Shown: positions 40,162 to 51,682, counted from the first letter of the stretch. The stretch is DNA of 64,000 bases from Candidatus Latescibacterota bacterium (GCA_965200315.1 OZ241362.1:640001-704000); one strand, 5' to 3'. The notes: a model not told the origin generated them from the letters alone. Numbers and translations are program-made.

Positions 40162-40192
40162 AAACGGGATTCAGGGCGCCGTCCGCATTCGG

Positions 40193-41555
40193 CTACTGCA
40201 ACCCGGCGTAGAGCGCGACAAAGCTCTGGGTGGCCGTAAAAGCCTCGGCCTGTGCAAAGTTTTTGCGCTCCACCACCAAGCCGGCTAGGGCTTGAATCCG
40301 ATACCCTAGATAGGCCGACTCGGTCGCCAACTGGAAAGCCCAATTCAGCGAGCTAAAATCCTCGCTATCTCGGTCTAAATCGTTGAAAAAGGCGTACTCC
40401 ACCCCGGCCTGCGCCCTAGTCGCGGACAAAAGCTGAGTTTCCAACAACAGCGAAACCAACTCCAGCAGCGTCGTTTGCTTCGCTTGGTCAAACAGCGACC
40501 GGCTCTGTTGCACCCACTCGCTCTTCCAGCGCGGCTCCACAGTAACGCTCCGCCAAGCGTAGCGGTAACTCGCCTTGTTGATCAAGCCAAAGAAAAAGTC
40601 CGCTGGAGCCAAGCCGTGCTGGCGGCGACGCTCTGCATTCATCAACTGCCGGAAAAGCACCCAGTTGAGCTTGCTCATCACCTGAAGATTTTCGCCGGTC
40701 AGACTGTGGCCGACAAAGAGCTGATTGACCCACGTATCCCGCGCCAACAGCGGATCGGGCAAATGCACCAACTGCCCGCCCCGCAAGGTGTTGTCTGGCC
40801 GCCACTGCAACAGCGGATTGGAAATGTCGTCCGCGACCAACTCGCTCATCTCAAACAGCCGCACCCGGCCCCAGCGCGGCCACACCCGCTGGTAGCCCAC
40901 CTGCACGTAGGTGCTGTGATTTTTGCGGTCGGCTGAGATCTGCGCCTCGCGCAAGGCCCCGGCCTTGAGCTGCCAGTGCCGCCCTAGCTCCACGCCACCA
41001 TAGACATTGAAGCCGGCCTGATCGCGGCGGTAGGGGTAGTCCGGCTCGGTGTCGTTTTCATACAAGTCAACCCAGAAGTTGTGGTTCATGTCCACGCCAA
41101 ACAGGAACTCGGGCCGGTCCACTTGGAAGCGCCGGAAAGGCTCTTGGTAGTCGGGAATGTTATTGGCCTTGACGCGATTGTCGTTCTGGTTGAAGTCGGG
41201 CACCAAGTCGTTGTTCAGATCCCAACCGGGAAAAACCTGCCGGTCGTCGACGAGGAAATCGGCGCGAAAGGCATCGGGGCCGAGGCCGTGTGAGTTTCCG
41301 CGGCGACATTGGGGTATTGACGCCAACTCCAACTCAAGTCGTATTCGCCATACACGTCGAACCCGAGCAGGTCCTGCACCCGGAGGGTGCCACCGGCCAC
41401 GGTGGTAGCGGTAGGCAGGCCGTAGGCAAAGCTGACCACGCCTAAATTGGAGATGTCCTGCACATTGCCCGCCGCCTGCGACACCGGCGTAAAAAAGGGA
41501 TTTTCCGTCGGCGCTACGTCGAGCCGGGCAAATCCCTCTTCGCCCAAGCCGTAGG
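40193..41555 (-). pseudogene. C-terminal part of a large probable outer-membrane/surface protein, internally deleted and 5'-truncated
   Basis: Two frames join near 41290; D.NN.. repeats, beta-strand-rich, ends ALYAGLQ. Confidence 0.6.
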
Positions 41556-41556
41556 C

Positions 41557-42153
41557 ATGGACGCGGTCAAAGTCCAAGTCCATCCCTATCTGGGCAATAC
41601 CACGCCGGTTCTGGTCAATTACTTCGACTCCTTGGAGGGAGCTGCTGATATCCCTCTATTGCTGTGGGCCGGCGGCCAGCCCCCCTTCCCCTTGGAAGCC
41701 GCCGCAGAATTGGCCCAGCGCCCCCACATCATCGGCATGAAAAACGACGGAGACCAATTCTACACGTATTACGACCTGATCCGCCAGACGCGCAATCTGG
41801 GTTTCGGGGTGATCAGCGGCGGGCAGATGCGCAATTTCGCCTTTGGCTATCCGCTCGGCTCCCCCGCCTATTTATGCACGGTCGCACCCTTCCGCCCCGA
41901 CATTGCCAATGCCTTCTACAAGGCACTGGTCAACGGCGATGCGGCCGGGGCCTGGGATTGGGTGTATCGCTATGAAGAGCCGTGGTTGCAGTGGGCCATC
42001 AAGCACAACTGGCTGGCTTCCATAAAAGCGGCCATCCAATTGAAGGGGCTCTACCCCAACCACCGCTTAGGGCCGCCCAATCCAGCGCCGGAGCCGGAGC
42101 TCGTCGAAGGGCTCAAAGTCCTATTCGACGAGATATACGAAGGAAAATTTTAG
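41557..42153 (+). pseudogene. C-terminal part of a DHDPS/N-acetylneuraminate lyase family protein
   Basis: DAVKV...DIPLLL...IIGMKND; N-terminal third of the barrel missing. Confidence 0.7.
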
Positions 42154-42256
42154 GAGGCACCCTACAAGCGCGTCAACGCCCCATGTCATTCGCGCGCAAG
42201 CTGTGCCTAAAGGCGGCAGGGTGATGCTGGCACGACATCTAGCCAGCGCAAGTCCT

Positions 42257-43141
42257 TCACGTTGCGGTCATCTGGTCCAACAGGCGCACAAAATCCGCCA
42301 AGTCCGACACCTGTACCGCCGCGTCAAGCAAGGCTTCGAGCTTATCCACATCGTCAAGGCCCTCCAGCCGATTCGCCAACACCTGCGCCATATCTTCCCC
42401 AAACCGCCCCGCCAACACTCTTTGAATACTTCGCTCAATGCCTTGCTCAATGCCTTGCTCAATGCCCCGCTTGAGAAAAGACTCAATAAGTGGAAAACGG
42501 TTCATAATTTCCTCCGAAATGAGAGAATAGATGGTTGATTCTTCGCACACCAAAGAACTCAATACCCCCATGTGCGCCAACACTTTATCCCTCGCGGAAC
42601 GAGATACCGACAACCCTTCGGTCGCGTCCACGCACCAACCCAACCAAGCATCCACATCCACCCCCGCAGGACGCCCCATCAACGGCGTAAACGGCAACAC
42701 GCCCGGATTGCCCGACGACAAATGTGCTACCCCGTCCAATTCGATCAAACGAATCACCTTATACCGCATAACGACTTCATACCCGGCGTCTTCTTGGACG
42801 TAGTGCCCCGGATCGCGGCGACCCGCTTCAGGACGCAAGTAAATCACATGCGCCAACAGCGGCAAACCGTACTCGGCAATGCAGCGGCCCATATACCGGA
42901 CCATTCGACGAGGCATGGGCAGGTGAGTGCTGTCGTCGGTCTGAAACTCGCAGTGAACTAACGCCTCTTTTCCATCCTTCTGCACGCGCAGTAGGCTATC
43001 CATAATCTGCGTATCGAAGGTGGCCTGCTCGGTATTGAGCAGGTCCAGCACCTGTACGTCCGCTTGCCCTAGTAGAAACTCCAAAACGCCTTGGGGATAG
43101 GTGCTAACCAGGGATTTGGAAACACTATCGAACTCAGCCAT
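42257..43141 (-). CDS. Rpn-family PD-(D/E)XK nuclease / putative transposase (DUF4351-like)
   Basis: MDSLL...HCEFQT...MPRRM..Y...VIYL; GIEQGIEQGIE repeat; LAGRFG. Confidence 0.82.
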   Translation of the reverse strand: MAEFDSVSKSLVSTYPQGVLEFLLGQADVQVLDLLNTEQATFDTQIMDSLLRVQKDGKEALVHCEFQTDDSTHLPMPRRMVRYMGRCIAEYGLPLLAHVIYLRPEAGRRDPGHYVQEDAGYEVVMRYKVIRLIELDGVAHLSSGNPGVLPFTPLMGRPAGVDVDAWLGWCVDATEGLSVSRSARDKVLAHMGVLSSLVCEESTIYSLISEEIMNRFPLIESFLKRGIEQGIEQGIERSIQRVLAGRFGEDMAQVLANRLEGLDDVDKLEALLDAAVQVSDLADFVRLLDQMTAT

Positions 43142-43308
43142 CCGATCCTCTCGGCTAGGGAAGGACGCAATGGAAAAAGAATATATCCGATTTAGATACC
43201 TAAACAAAGGCAGCCGCCGGTGCTTCACCTTGCGGCAGCAAGACAAGCCGGGTAGCCAATCTGCGTGGCTTCATCGCCCCCTAGTGTGTAGCCCGGCTGG
43301 CCCGCTGC

Positions 43309-43926
43309 TCAGGACAGCTTAACGGCAATGAGGTGCGACTTTTCCAGCGACAGGATGTAGGTCAGCCAATCGTCAGTCTCGTCTAAGCGGCTTCTAAAAG
43401 CAGCCCAAGCCGGATTCTGGTCCCATTGTTCGACTTTGGACCAGCCATCGACAAAGAGGAATGCCCCTGCCGCCAGACGACTTTCCAGCCTGGTGAACAG
43501 GGGCGCAAACGCGGGCAGGCCAAAATCCACAAAGACAAAGTCCACGCCCTCGGGGAGAGCCGCGATAAAATCGGTTCCTTCCCCGGTGTAGCATTCCACC
43601 AAGTGATCTAGGCCAGCTTGACGCAAATTGGCTTGGGCCACCGCCGTTTTCTCCGGCACCCGATCCAAGCTGAAGACGTGGCCCCCGGTGCGCTGGGCCG
43701 CAGCGGCTAGGTGCAGAGTAGAATAGCCGTGCGACGTGCCAAATTCGACCAAGGTCTGCGCCCGTTGGTGGATCGCGGTGAGACAGAGATAATGGGCCAC
43801 TTGGGGGCTGACGGCCCTGAGGCGCAACGGGTCTGTAGAGCCGGCTTGACGCTCCTGCTGATCGCGTCTGTGCAGGCTGGCGACAAGGGCTTGTTGCGCC
43901 GGCGTGAAGAGCGCTTCGCTACGCAC
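43309..43926 (-). CDS. Class I SAM-dependent O-methyltransferase
   Basis: VEFGTSHGYSTL, DFVFVD. Confidence 0.85.
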   Translation of the reverse strand: MRSEALFTPAQQALVASLHRRDQQERQAGSTDPLRLRAVSPQVAHYLCLTAIHQRAQTLVEFGTSHGYSTLHLAAAAQRTGGHVFSLDRVPEKTAVAQANLRQAGLDHLVECYTGEGTDFIAALPEGVDFVFVDFGLPAFAPLFTRLESRLAAGAFLFVDGWSKVEQWDQNPAWAAFRSRLDETDDWLTYILSLEKSHLIAVKLS

Positions 43927-45402
43927 TCAGCCGGCCTCTGCAAAAGGCGGCACTACCCCCTCATCCAGCGGAAAAATGGGACGCACACAGTGCTGGTAGG
44001 GCAAGGTTTTGAGATTGGCGCTGGTGGCCCCGGGCACATCGACAGCGACAATGCGGGCGGCGATGGCCTCGTAGTGAGTGCGGAAACCGTTGGGCGATTT
44101 GCACACGACCAAGTCGTAGTCAGCCGGATCGTGGCCCTGACTCTGGTACACCTTGCGGCCGACGATGGGGGCGGCTTCTTGGGTCACCAGCAGCGTGAGA
44201 TTGCCACTGGTCAAAATGGCGGTGCGGCTAGGCGGCACTACATAGCCGTCTTCGGTGGTGAAGGCCCCGTCGGACAGGCTTTTGACATACAAAGGCAACT
44301 CCACCGGCGCAAAGCGCTCCGAGTCGAGGGTGCCGCCCAGAGGCCAAGTAAACCGCCCCCCTACTCCCGTTCGATAGGCGGCTTCCACCGCCGGAGCATC
44401 CACTATGGGAATGAGGGCGCGCTTGCTGTAATTGTATTGGAGCAGCCCATTGAGAATGGCGTTGCTGTCGCCGCTGGCACCCGAGGCCGTGGAATCCGCA
44501 GCGTCCGAGAACACCGTGAGGCCCTCGGTTTCTTCGGCCAGACGCACGGCTTGTTCGAGCGCGGTGAGTTTGGGAATCCAGTGAGGGCGGTTTTCCCACA
44601 TAAAGCGGGCCAATTCCAGCGCCAATTCCTCGGCTTGAGCTGGATCGTCGTCGGTGGTGACGATTGCATTAGACTGCAAATCGGGCACATCGGTAAAGGG
44701 GTTGCCAATGACGACGCCAGCGGCCAAGCCACCTAAAGACGCCTCAATTTCACGGCAGCGGCCGATGGCTGCGCCAAAGCGGCCGCTGGCGGTGATGAGT
44801 TCGTCGCCGCGGGCCAATAATGGGATGGGTACGCGGGCCGTGGTGGGCTTGACTTCCCCGTCTAATTGGCGCAACAACAGACGGGCTGCGCGCTGGCCAG
44901 TGTCGCGCATATCCGCGTGCGGATAGGTGTGGAGAAAAACCAAGGCGTCGGCGGCATCGACCAGCCGTTGCGAAATAACTGCGTGCAGGTCCAGGGCTGC
45001 GACAATGGGCACGTCCCCGACGATTTGCCGGATGCCGGACGCAACGCGGCCCTCGGGATCGATTTCGGTTTCGCCGGCCATGGCCCCGTGTAGCGACAGA
45101 CAGACCGCATCCACGGGGGCTTGGCCCTCGACGGCAGCCAACAATTCGCCGATGAGACGCTCCATAGCGGGACCAGCGACCAAACCGCCGGTCGTATTGC
45201 ACCAAGCCCCGTACGTGGGAACGAGTTCGATGTCGGGACGGGCCTCGAGGACGTCGATATTGCCCGCCAGCGTGGAATTGGACCAACGGGCAGCTTCTAG
45301 CAGGGCTAGCCCCCGGTGGATCGTGAAGTCGTCGTAATAGGTAAGCTGGGGGTTAAAGCTGCCAACCTCGTGGTTGAACTTGGCCAAAAGAACGCGTTTC
45401 AT
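43927..45402 (-). CDS. M81 family metallopeptidase (MlrC-like)
   Basis: HEVGSF, LHGAM, DLHA, YPHAD. Confidence 0.92.
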   Translation of the reverse strand: MKRVLLAKFNHEVGSFNPQLTYYDDFTIHRGLALLEAARWSNSTLAGNIDVLEARPDIELVPTYGAWCNTTGGLVAGPAMERLIGELLAAVEGQAPVDAVCLSLHGAMAGETEIDPEGRVASGIRQIVGDVPIVAALDLHAVISQRLVDAADALVFLHTYPHADMRDTGQRAARLLLRQLDGEVKPTTARVPIPLLARGDELITASGRFGAAIGRCREIEASLGGLAAGVVIGNPFTDVPDLQSNAIVTTDDDPAQAEELALELARFMWENRPHWIPKLTALEQAVRLAEETEGLTVFSDAADSTASGASGDSNAILNGLLQYNYSKRALIPIVDAPAVEAAYRTGVGGRFTWPLGGTLDSERFAPVELPLYVKSLSDGAFTTEDGYVVPPSRTAILTSGNLTLLVTQEAAPIVGRKVYQSQGHDPADYDLVVCKSPNGFRTHYEAIAARIVAVDVPGATSANLKTLPYQHCVRPIFPLDEGVVPPFAEAG

Positions 45403-45462
45403 AAGAAACCTTCCGCAGAGGCGATTGGGATGGGTTGCAAGGACGCAAAGCTGAAGTGAAAC

Positions 45463-45487
45463 TTAGTGAGACAAAGAGTCTCGCTAA
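45463..45487. promoter_or_regulatory. Inverted repeat in divergent promoter region
   Basis: TTAGTGAGAC-aaaga-GTCTCGCTAA (9/10 arms). Confidence 0.4.
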
Positions 45488-45588
45488 TAATGTATAAACA
45501 CTACATTGCTCGGGGAGATAGTGTCAATCCGGCAATGTTCTGCGCCTTCCTGTTGTACGAGGAGATTCATTGCGAGAGGAACACACGT

Positions 45589-46566
45589 ATGAACGCCCCC
45601 CCTACCGACGGCATCCGCGTCGCCGTCACCGACCTTGAGCAACTGGTCGTCGATATTTTCGCGGCCGTGCCGCTACCGGCAGATCACGCTCAGCTCATCG
45701 CCAGCAAACTGGTCGAATGCGACCTGCGTGGCGTCGTCAGCCACGGCGTCCTGCAAGTCAATCGCTACGTCCGTTCATTCCAAGACGGCACTGTCAACCC
45801 GAACCCGCAAATCCGCGTACTCAAGGAAGGACCAATCACGGCCGCGCTCTCCGGCGACGGCGGCTTGGGCTACCTCGTCGCCACCAAGGGCATGGAAATA
45901 GCCATCGCCAAGGCCCAAGAATTTGGGATCGGCGCAGCCACCTCCACCTACCACGCTCATCTTGGCAGCACCGGCAACTACGCGCGCATGGCCATGCGCG
46001 CTGACCTGATCGGCATTTCAACCTCCGGTCGCAATGCCTCCGACCACTACAATCGCGATTCGACGATCCGGGGATCCATCCAAGGCAGCCCGCCCTTGGC
46101 CTTCGGCATGCCAGCCGGAGAGGGCAAACCGACCTTCCTCCTCGACTTTGCCAGCCACTACGCAATCGACGACGAGACCTTCCTGAAGTACCCGCCGGTT
46201 TTCATCAAGGCCATCGGCATTTCGCACGTGGGCAATATTCTCTCGGGTACACTAGGAGGGCAGATGCTGACGGAGTTTTCGCGGGGCAATATCGAGTTCA
46301 CAGGCGCCGATCAATCGGGCTTCTTCCTCGCCCTAGACGTGAACTGCTTTTCCGATCTCGACGCTTTCAAGGCCGACATGGATCACCTGATGGACGAGGC
46401 CAGTCGCATGAAGCCACTGCCCAACTTCAGCGAGTCCTTCCTGCCCGGCGGCAAGGAGCTAGAGAGGGAAACTCAGTACCGCCGGGATGGTGTACCGATT
46501 TCAGCGCAAGCCGTCGAGGGGCTTGAGGGAGTAGCAAAGGAATTTTCCATCGCCACTCCTTGGTAG
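45589..46566 (+). CDS. Ldh_2 family (AllD/ComC-like) oxidoreductase
   Basis: DLRGVVSHG, GDGGLG, HLG, LPGG.E. Confidence 0.9.
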   Translation: MNAPPTDGIRVAVTDLEQLVVDIFAAVPLPADHAQLIASKLVECDLRGVVSHGVLQVNRYVRSFQDGTVNPNPQIRVLKEGPITAALSGDGGLGYLVATKGMEIAIAKAQEFGIGAATSTYHAHLGSTGNYARMAMRADLIGISTSGRNASDHYNRDSTIRGSIQGSPPLAFGMPAGEGKPTFLLDFASHYAIDDETFLKYPPVFIKAIGISHVGNILSGTLGGQMLTEFSRGNIEFTGADQSGFFLALDVNCFSDLDAFKADMDHLMDEASRMKPLPNFSESFLPGGKELERETQYRRDGVPISAQAVEGLEGVAKEFSIATPW

Positions 46567-46625
46567 CCCTCGCGCATACCGTTCCATGCCTTCCGCAGCA
46601 CGCGACCGAGAAACGGAGCTAAAAA

Positions 46626-47559
46626 ATGAATATCGCGCTCGTCGTGATTGACACCCTCCGCTACGATTATATCGGCGCAAACGGCAATACTTGGATCGAA
46701 ACGCCGAATATCGACCGCTTTGCAGCGAAAGCATGGGCACTGGCCGGACAACTGGTGCCATCAACCCATGTTTGCATGCCTCGGCGAAAACGCCGCGAGA
46801 AGCGGGCTCCTCCAGACCTACGCCCGGGCGAACCGCAACCGCAAAAAACCGGAGGATTGGAACTGCGCAAAGTTGTTCAGGAGCGCGGCCCAATTCCTCA
46901 AAGACAATGCAAAGCGCGAGAATTTCTTCCTCTGGGTGGATTGTTTCGACCCCCACGAACCGTGGGATGCACCGATCGAGTTTATGAAAAGGTACGACGT
47001 GCGACCGGACTACGATGGGCGCGTTGACCCGCGCAGCCTCTTCGGCGGGCGGAACCACAAAGACCTCCCCGACGAGGCCAAGGAACACATCAAAGCGCAA
47101 TACCCGGCGAAATTGACTTGGATGGACCACTGTTTTGGGCAATTCTTGGACACACTCGAATCCACCGGGCTCGACCAGAACACGGCCGTCATCTTAACCG
47201 GCGACCACGGCACCAACGTCGGTGAGCGCGGCACTTTTGGCAAAGGGCAACCAGTGCGCGAGGCCGAAGCGCATGTTCCGCTCTTCATCCGAATGCCGGA
47301 TGGCGATACCGGACGGAGCGATGTTATGGTGCAACCGCAAGACTTCTTCTCCACGATCCTCGCAATCCTCGGCGAAACAGAACCGGGAGGCATTGAGGGC
47401 TGTGACATTTTAACTCCCGCCCGGCGCGGTGAAGCCGGCCAACGGCAACTCGCATTGGCAGGCGGGAGCCTCGAACGCTGGAACCAAGCCGGGCAGCATC
47501 CAAACTTCGTCCTCTTTACCGCGTGTGCTAGCCGGGGTTTACTGGTGGCAAGGACATAG
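46626..47559 (+). pseudogene. Sulfatase remnant with internal deletion and 3' truncation
   Basis: IDTLRYD...TPNIDRFA joins out of frame at ~46737 to ...FDPHEPW...TGDHG; catalytic CxPxR region absent. Confidence 0.85.
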
Positions 47560-47596
47560 TTTCAGGGATTCGAGAGGAAAGTTATAAGGCAAAATT

Positions 47597-48625
47597 TCAC
47601 TCCCACACCCGTTCCTCCAGCACCCCTTCGCACTCCCGTCCGTCCTCAAAGAGCACCCGTATCTTCACCTGCTGCCGGTCAAAGTCGGCTGGCAATTCCC
47701 ACAGGTGCGTCGCCAGATCGCGCGACGATTCAGCGAGTGGATCGATCGGTGCTAATGGCCCCAAGTCCCTCACCTCGACCTGCGTGCGCGGCGAACCATC
47801 AAACACATTGACAAAGCGGCGACCCGAAGCCTGATGCCGACACAATTCCACCGCCTCGTCTTGGTGCGACTGGAAAGCGTAGTACTGGCTCCTGAAATTC
47901 CCTTCCTCATCAACTTCGACCACCCGATACCCCTGGGGTTCGCGTCCTTGCGGGCCGCGGCTTTCCAGCCCCGTCTTCCACCAATTGCCCGACACCGCCG
48001 CCGTGGTCATAACCTCCATAGCGCCGACGAAGTGGCGGCCGTTTTCATGGTGGTGGCCGTGCAAGGTGATCGCCCGTTCAAAGGGCTGCAATAGCGTCAG
48101 CAAGCGCCGCGCCCCGGCAATCTCGTTGGTGGGGAAAGCCATGTCCGGCACCTGACCCGAGCGCTGTGGAAAGGTCGTCGATAGAGGCACGTGGCTGACC
48201 ACCACCAGCGGCGCGGCCCGGTCCACCTCCGCCAGATCCGCGGCCAGCCACTCCAATAGCCCCTCGTCGGCTAGGACGTGCCAGTTGGACGGGTGATCCT
48301 CGGTCGGCTCGAAGTAGCGCACCACGTCCAACAGCACAAAATGGACGCCGCCAATATCGGCGCTGGCGTGCATCGTCCCCCCTTGTTCCCGAGGCAGATA
48401 GCCGCTGCACATCTCGTGGTTGCCGTGGCTCATCAGCACCGGCACAGATACCCTCTCCATGGTCTGGGCGTATTGCGCTAGTGCCTCGGGCGTGAGGCCC
48501 ACGTCGCCGCCGTTGATCAGGACTTCAGGCTGATGCTCCAGCATGGATTCCACACACAGCTCAAATCCCTCGCGGGTGTCTATCCCGGAGTCGAGGTGAA
48601 TGTCGGTAAAGTAGATGAATTTCAT
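47597..48625 (-). CDS. Metallophosphoesterase
   Basis: TDIH, GGD, GNHE, HVP, GHHH. Confidence 0.9.
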   Translation of the reverse strand: MKFIYFTDIHLDSGIDTREGFELCVESMLEHQPEVLINGGDVGLTPEALAQYAQTMERVSVPVLMSHGNHEMCSGYLPREQGGTMHASADIGGVHFVLLDVVRYFEPTEDHPSNWHVLADEGLLEWLAADLAEVDRAAPLVVVSHVPLSTTFPQRSGQVPDMAFPTNEIAGARRLLTLLQPFERAITLHGHHHENGRHFVGAMEVMTTAAVSGNWWKTGLESRGPQGREPQGYRVVEVDEEGNFRSQYYAFQSHQDEAVELCRHQASGRRFVNVFDGSPRTQVEVRDLGPLAPIDPLAESSRDLATHLWELPADFDRQQVKIRVLFEDGRECEGVLEERVWE

Positions 48626-48699
48626 CGGATTATTCCTCAAGAAGCCTTCCTAAAATTGTTTTCGTTTTGCGATTTGCTATGGCAATGTGTATAAACGCT

Positions 48700-49010
48700 T
48701 CACTCTTCAACCGACGTAGAAGCGGTTGCCGGATGAAAGCCAGCACCTAAGACAAAATCTCCGCCGCCGCCGAGAGCAGAATAGGGAATAGCATAGCTCA
48801 CTTTAGGCGAGCTGGTGTCCCCTTCTATCTCTGGATTGGGCCAAAGGTACTCGACAAAACCGCCGCCTTGAGCTGCCGCGGCGATGAGTTCTTGGACCAT
48901 CTTGACGCCGTTGGCGTCTTCAAGATCGTAGATGTTTTGGCCTTCAAGGTCTGTATGGACTCCGTTAAAGGTTAGGACCCCATCGGTCCAACAAAGAGGT
49001 AGATACCTCT
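48700..49010 (-). pseudogene. Single Cache domain fragment
   Basis: GIYLFV..DGVLTFNG...LEGQN...DANGVKMVQELI.AA..GGGFVEYLWPNP...PKVSYA. Confidence 0.75.
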
Positions 49011-49151
49011 TTCTTGCTCACTTCAGTAATCAAAATAAACTTACCCTACAAACGCAATTGCTTCCGGCCGGTGAACAAGCGGGTCGCATGACGGCTTCGG
49101 CTGGAACAAGCTCTCTGAACGGCCGCTTTTACCTGTGAAAGTGAGGGTTAT

Positions 49152-49565
49152 ATGGCCTTCGCCCGCGTCTCCCGTCCTGCTCTTTTCCAAGCCCCCCTAA
49201 GTCGAGGCATCGCCACCGTCCTCGGCCCCCAAGGCTTGCGTCTGACGGGTCTGACTAGCTTTCACCTCGACGAGGGGCCCGATTTTGCTTGGCTCAATAT
49301 CTACCGCACCCTAGCCGACGGCCGCCAACTCGAAATCACGCGCGAGCGCACCCCAGACCAAGTGGTTCAAGAAGGCGATAGCGTTGCGGTGCATTGGGCG
49401 GCCTGCCCTGCGGTGCAAGCCGAATTGCAGGCGCACTACCGCATCGCTGGGCCCGAGAGCCTCGACGCCACCTTCGTCGATGCCCAAGACGCCTATCACT
49501 TCATGCAAATACTCGACGCCTTGTACGACAGCGCCCAACGCCGCGAAAAAGTCATGATCGACTAA
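49152..49565 (+). pseudogene. Chimeric ORF: hypothetical N-terminus fused to a Gfo/Idh/MocA-like C-terminal tail
   Basis: ...SLDATF|VDAQDAYHFMQILDALYDSAQRREKV. Confidence 0.55.
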
Positions 49566-49614
49566 AGAAGCCCGCGGCCAGGACTTCAATTGCAGAAGCG
49601 ATGCTAAGGGAAGT

Positions 49615-49765
49615 TCACGGACGCCGAGCCGCTTTCAGGTCGCCCCAGGTAGTTTGGACGACAGCGGTAGCATCACCGATGCGGTGGAGTTCCAAGGTTT
49701 CGACCCCGCCCTCTTCCTTGGTATTGATGAACAAAGTATCCCCTTCAATGGCATAGGTGCTATTT
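49615..49765 (-). pseudogene. C-terminal fragment of a secreted protein with TWGxxK tail
   Basis: YAIEGDTL...ATAVVQTTWGDLK. Confidence 0.55.
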
Positions 49766-49965
49766 ATCTTCTCGAAGCGAGAAGGCAAAGGAACGTGACA
49801 GACGACAGAAGGTGGTGCATGACGACCTCCTTTGAAGGATATAAAGATCAGGATAAAGGGGCTCCGGGACAGTATCCGCAGCAACATCCCGCCCTCAGTT
49901 GACGAGTTAAAACTCAGATGCTACTATCCGTCTTTCGTCTCACTTCCCTCAAAAGAAAGCACACT

Positions 49966-51636
49966 ATGACCGACTCCACCCCCATCAGCAAGCACATCAC
50001 CCAAGGCCCATCCCGGGCCGGAGCCCGCGCCATGTACCGGGCCGCCGGCTTCGACGCCGAGGCCCTGCGCCAACCCCTCATCGGCATTGCCAACACCTGG
50101 ACCGAGCTAGGCCCTTGCAATTTTGGCCTGCGCGGCCTAGCCGAGCACGTCAAGGCCGGCATCCGCCGTGCCGGCGGCACCCCCCTCGAATTCAATACAG
50201 TGGTGATCTCCGACGGCATCACCATGGGCACCGAAGGCATGAAGACCTCGCTCATTTCGCGCGAAGTCATCGCCGACTCCATGGAACTGGTGGTGCGCGG
50301 CCATATGCTCGACGGCTTTGTCGCCCTCACCGGCTGCGACAAGACCACCCCAGGGGCCATTATGGCCATGTGCCGCTTGGACATCCCTTCGGTGCTGCTC
50401 TACGGCGGCTCGATTATGCCCGGTCGCCACGACCAAGCCGATATCACCATCCAAGACGTGTATGAAGCCATCGGTGCCCACGCCACCGGCCGCATCGACG
50501 ACGATCAATTGCGCCTCATCGAAGAAAACGCCTGCCCCGGGGCTGGGTCCTGCGGCGGTCAATTCACCGCCAATACCATGGCCACCGCGGCCGAGATTCT
50601 CGGCGTGGCCCTCATGGGCTCGGGCTCGGTGCCGGCCACCGACCCGCGCAAGGAAGCCGTCGGCACCCAAGTCGGGAGCCTAGCCGTCGAATTGGTGCGC
50701 CAAAATCGCAAACCCTCGCAGATCATCACCCGTCCCGCCCTCGACAACGCCATCCGCTCCATTGCCACCACCGGCGGCTCGACCAACGGCGTGCTGCATT
50801 TTCTGGCCATCGCCCGGGAGGCTGGATTGGAACTGGACATTGAGGACTTCCAGACCTTGAGCAGTTCTACCCCACTCATGGTCGACCTCAAGCCCGGCGG
50901 CCGCTTTGTCGCCCCCGACTTGGACAAAGCCGGCGGCATCTCCTTAGTCGCCCGCCGCCTCAAAGAAGCCGGCCTGCTGCACGAGGACGCCCTCACGGTA
51001 TCGGGCCGCACCATCGGCCAAGAGGCCGACCGCGCCGTGGAAACCCCCGGCCAACAGGTCGTGGTGCCGGTCGATAAACCGCTAAAAAAATCGGGAGGTC
51101 TAGTCGTGCTCAAGGGCAATCTCGCCCCCGAAGGCGCGGTGGTGAAATTGGCCGGCCACGAACGCGCCCAGCATCAAGGCCCGGCCCGCGTCTTCGACAG
51201 CGAGGACGAAGTCATGCCGGCCATTGAGCAGGGCCACATCCAGCCCGGCGATGTGGTGGTCATCCGCTACGAAGGCCCCAAGGGCGGACCGGGCATGCGC
51301 GAGATGCTAGCCGTCACCGGTGCCATTGTGGGGGCCGGTCTGGGCGACTTTGTGGCCCTAGTAACCGATGGCCGCTTTTCGGGTGCTACTCGCGGCCTGA
51401 TGATCGGCCACGCCGCGCCCGAAGCCGCAGTGGGCGGCCCCTTGGCCGTCCTGCGCGACGGCGATACCATCACCATCGACACCGCGGCCGGCCGGTTGGA
51501 CGTAGCCCTAGACGCAGCCGAGCTGCAGGCCCGCCTAGCCGTCTGGGAGGCCCCACCGCCGCGCTACACCTCCGGCGTGATGGCCAAATACGCCCGCTCG
51601 GTGTCGTCGGCAGCCCAAGGAGCAGTGACTGGCTAA
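49966..51636 (+). CDS. ilvD: Dihydroxy-acid dehydratase
   Basis: PCN, SDGITMG, CDKT.PG, GGSTN, RYEGPKGGPGMREM, TDGRFSG. Confidence 0.96.
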   Translation: MTDSTPISKHITQGPSRAGARAMYRAAGFDAEALRQPLIGIANTWTELGPCNFGLRGLAEHVKAGIRRAGGTPLEFNTVVISDGITMGTEGMKTSLISREVIADSMELVVRGHMLDGFVALTGCDKTTPGAIMAMCRLDIPSVLLYGGSIMPGRHDQADITIQDVYEAIGAHATGRIDDDQLRLIEENACPGAGSCGGQFTANTMATAAEILGVALMGSGSVPATDPRKEAVGTQVGSLAVELVRQNRKPSQIITRPALDNAIRSIATTGGSTNGVLHFLAIAREAGLELDIEDFQTLSSSTPLMVDLKPGGRFVAPDLDKAGGISLVARRLKEAGLLHEDALTVSGRTIGQEADRAVETPGQQVVVPVDKPLKKSGGLVVLKGNLAPEGAVVKLAGHERAQHQGPARVFDSEDEVMPAIEQGHIQPGDVVVIRYEGPKGGPGMREMLAVTGAIVGAGLGDFVALVTDGRFSGATRGLMIGHAAPEAAVGGPLAVLRDGDTITIDTAAGRLDVALDAAELQARLAVWEAPPPRYTSGVMAKYARSVSSAAQGAVTG

Positions 51637-51682
51637 TGTTCAGAGTAATGTCGGGAAAGCCGGGCGATAAGAGAGGTGCGCC

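Noticed and set aside
42431-42470. Tandem 12-bp repeat GCTCAATGCCTT
   Set aside because: Encodes the ordinary GIEQ repeat of Rpn-family proteins.
45514-47564. 11/13 direct repeat around the Ldh-sulfatase block
   Set aside because: Too short for the search space; plausible by chance.
48993-49012. Perfect hairpin AAAGAGGTA-GA-TACCTCTTT
   Set aside because: Overlaps the Cache remnant coding sequence (GIYLF); probably incidental.
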